A DNA stretch of 35,972 nt from Octopus sinensis (lineage: Eukaryota): NCBI RefSeq assembly GCF_006345805.1, contig NW_021826264.1:1-35972 (forward strand), in the 5' to 3' direction. Shown piece after piece: positions 35,056-35,972 of this stretch. The position numbers and the translations under genes are program-made. Below the pieces are notes generated by a model. It worked only from the letters and a program-made list of their open reading frames with translations. It searched no databases and was not told the DNA's origin. The first letter of the stretch is position 1, and the number at the start of each line of letters is the position of its first letter.

Positions 35056-35972
35056 ACATATATATAATTAATAATATAATATTATTCTCTGTCCGTCCAT
35101 TGGCTGTGAAAGTTGGTAAAATTTGAAGTCATGAAAACATTCTTTATTGTGAATAAAAATAATTCACTGAAAATTATCATTTACCGCTTCTTTTATGAAT
35201 GAGGAAGTTTTGCCTTAGATTTCATTGAAATCTCAATTTGGCATTGTAGTCAAAATTATTATGAAAATAAAATTATCTGTGATATTTATCATCTGTCACA
35301 AATATTACTAACATACACACGCATATTCACAAATGCTTACAAGATCTTCTAGAAATAGTAATCATGTCTCCACCAAATCATCTAGAGAAATATCATAATG
35401 ATGAAAACAAAGTCTTGGCTAATTGAAATTAATATGGATATTGAATAATTTAAATAACGAGTTTGCAGATTATGAAATAAAATATTTTTGAAATAAACAT
35501 TTTTGTTTATTACGAAATGTACTTGCATAGCGAGATGCAGCACGAAGTTTGTCAGTGAAAACAGGTCGCGGTCTCAAGCGACGAAAATATTTTGACAAAT
35601 AAAATTTAAATGTTGAAGTGAATCTAACGGTTTTTGTGTGTTTCTTAAATGGCTTTTAAACACCTTCCACGCTGCAATTTTTTGTTAAGCAATGTTAACA
35701 GATTCTTTACTAAGCTTTCGCTGGAAAAAAACTACTAAATTTCAATAATATACCCAATTAAAAAGCACTTTATACACATAATTTTTTTCTGAAAAAGAAA
35801 AGATACTTTTCAAACACTTTTATATTTAAACTGAACATTTTTTTATATTAAAACGTAGCAGTTTTAAATGGACAAACAATTTAATTCCTAAAATCTTATC
35901 ATTTTCCGTCAGAACGAGCATTGAGCTGGTATATATTGTTTTAAGAATACGAAAATCATCTACCGCATGCAG

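Noticed and set aside
1-35972. VAChT nested in the ChAT intron
   Set aside because: No long MFS-transporter ORF is present. VAChT is expected in the first intron, far upstream of the catalytic exon.
35100-35972. Probable DNA-transposon-derived AT-rich segment
   Set aside because: No ends, TSD, second copy or coding remnant visible within the window.

Overview
This is AT-rich, microsatellite-dense eukaryotic DNA. The SINE and microsatellite repertoire points to an octopus (coleoid cephalopod); that assignment is an inference. The only well-supported protein-coding content is two + strand exons (24677-24777 and 31118-31249) of a choline/carnitine acyltransferase, most likely choline O-acetyltransferase (ChAT). 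They include the catalytic His motif EHSPSEG. Neither exon appears in the ORF track. I found no other exon of this gene, so most of the window is probably intronic. The rest is repeats: several SINE families (some with TSDs), two Helitrons, a Helentron/HINE-like element, two related GGATC-ended MITEs with 8-bp TSDs, a Tc1/mariner MITE, a decayed DD37D-like transposase, a CR1-like LINE fragment split by a SINE, and a higher-order (ACAT)n satellite. The most notable unannotated signals are four minimal hammerhead-ribozyme-like motifs of Penelope-like type (one with a complete core), several long fold-back structures, inverted SINE pairs around the exons, and TE-free strand-skewed islands that might belong to a nested antisense transcript. 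Nearly all ORFs in the supplied track are microsatellite or SINE artefacts.
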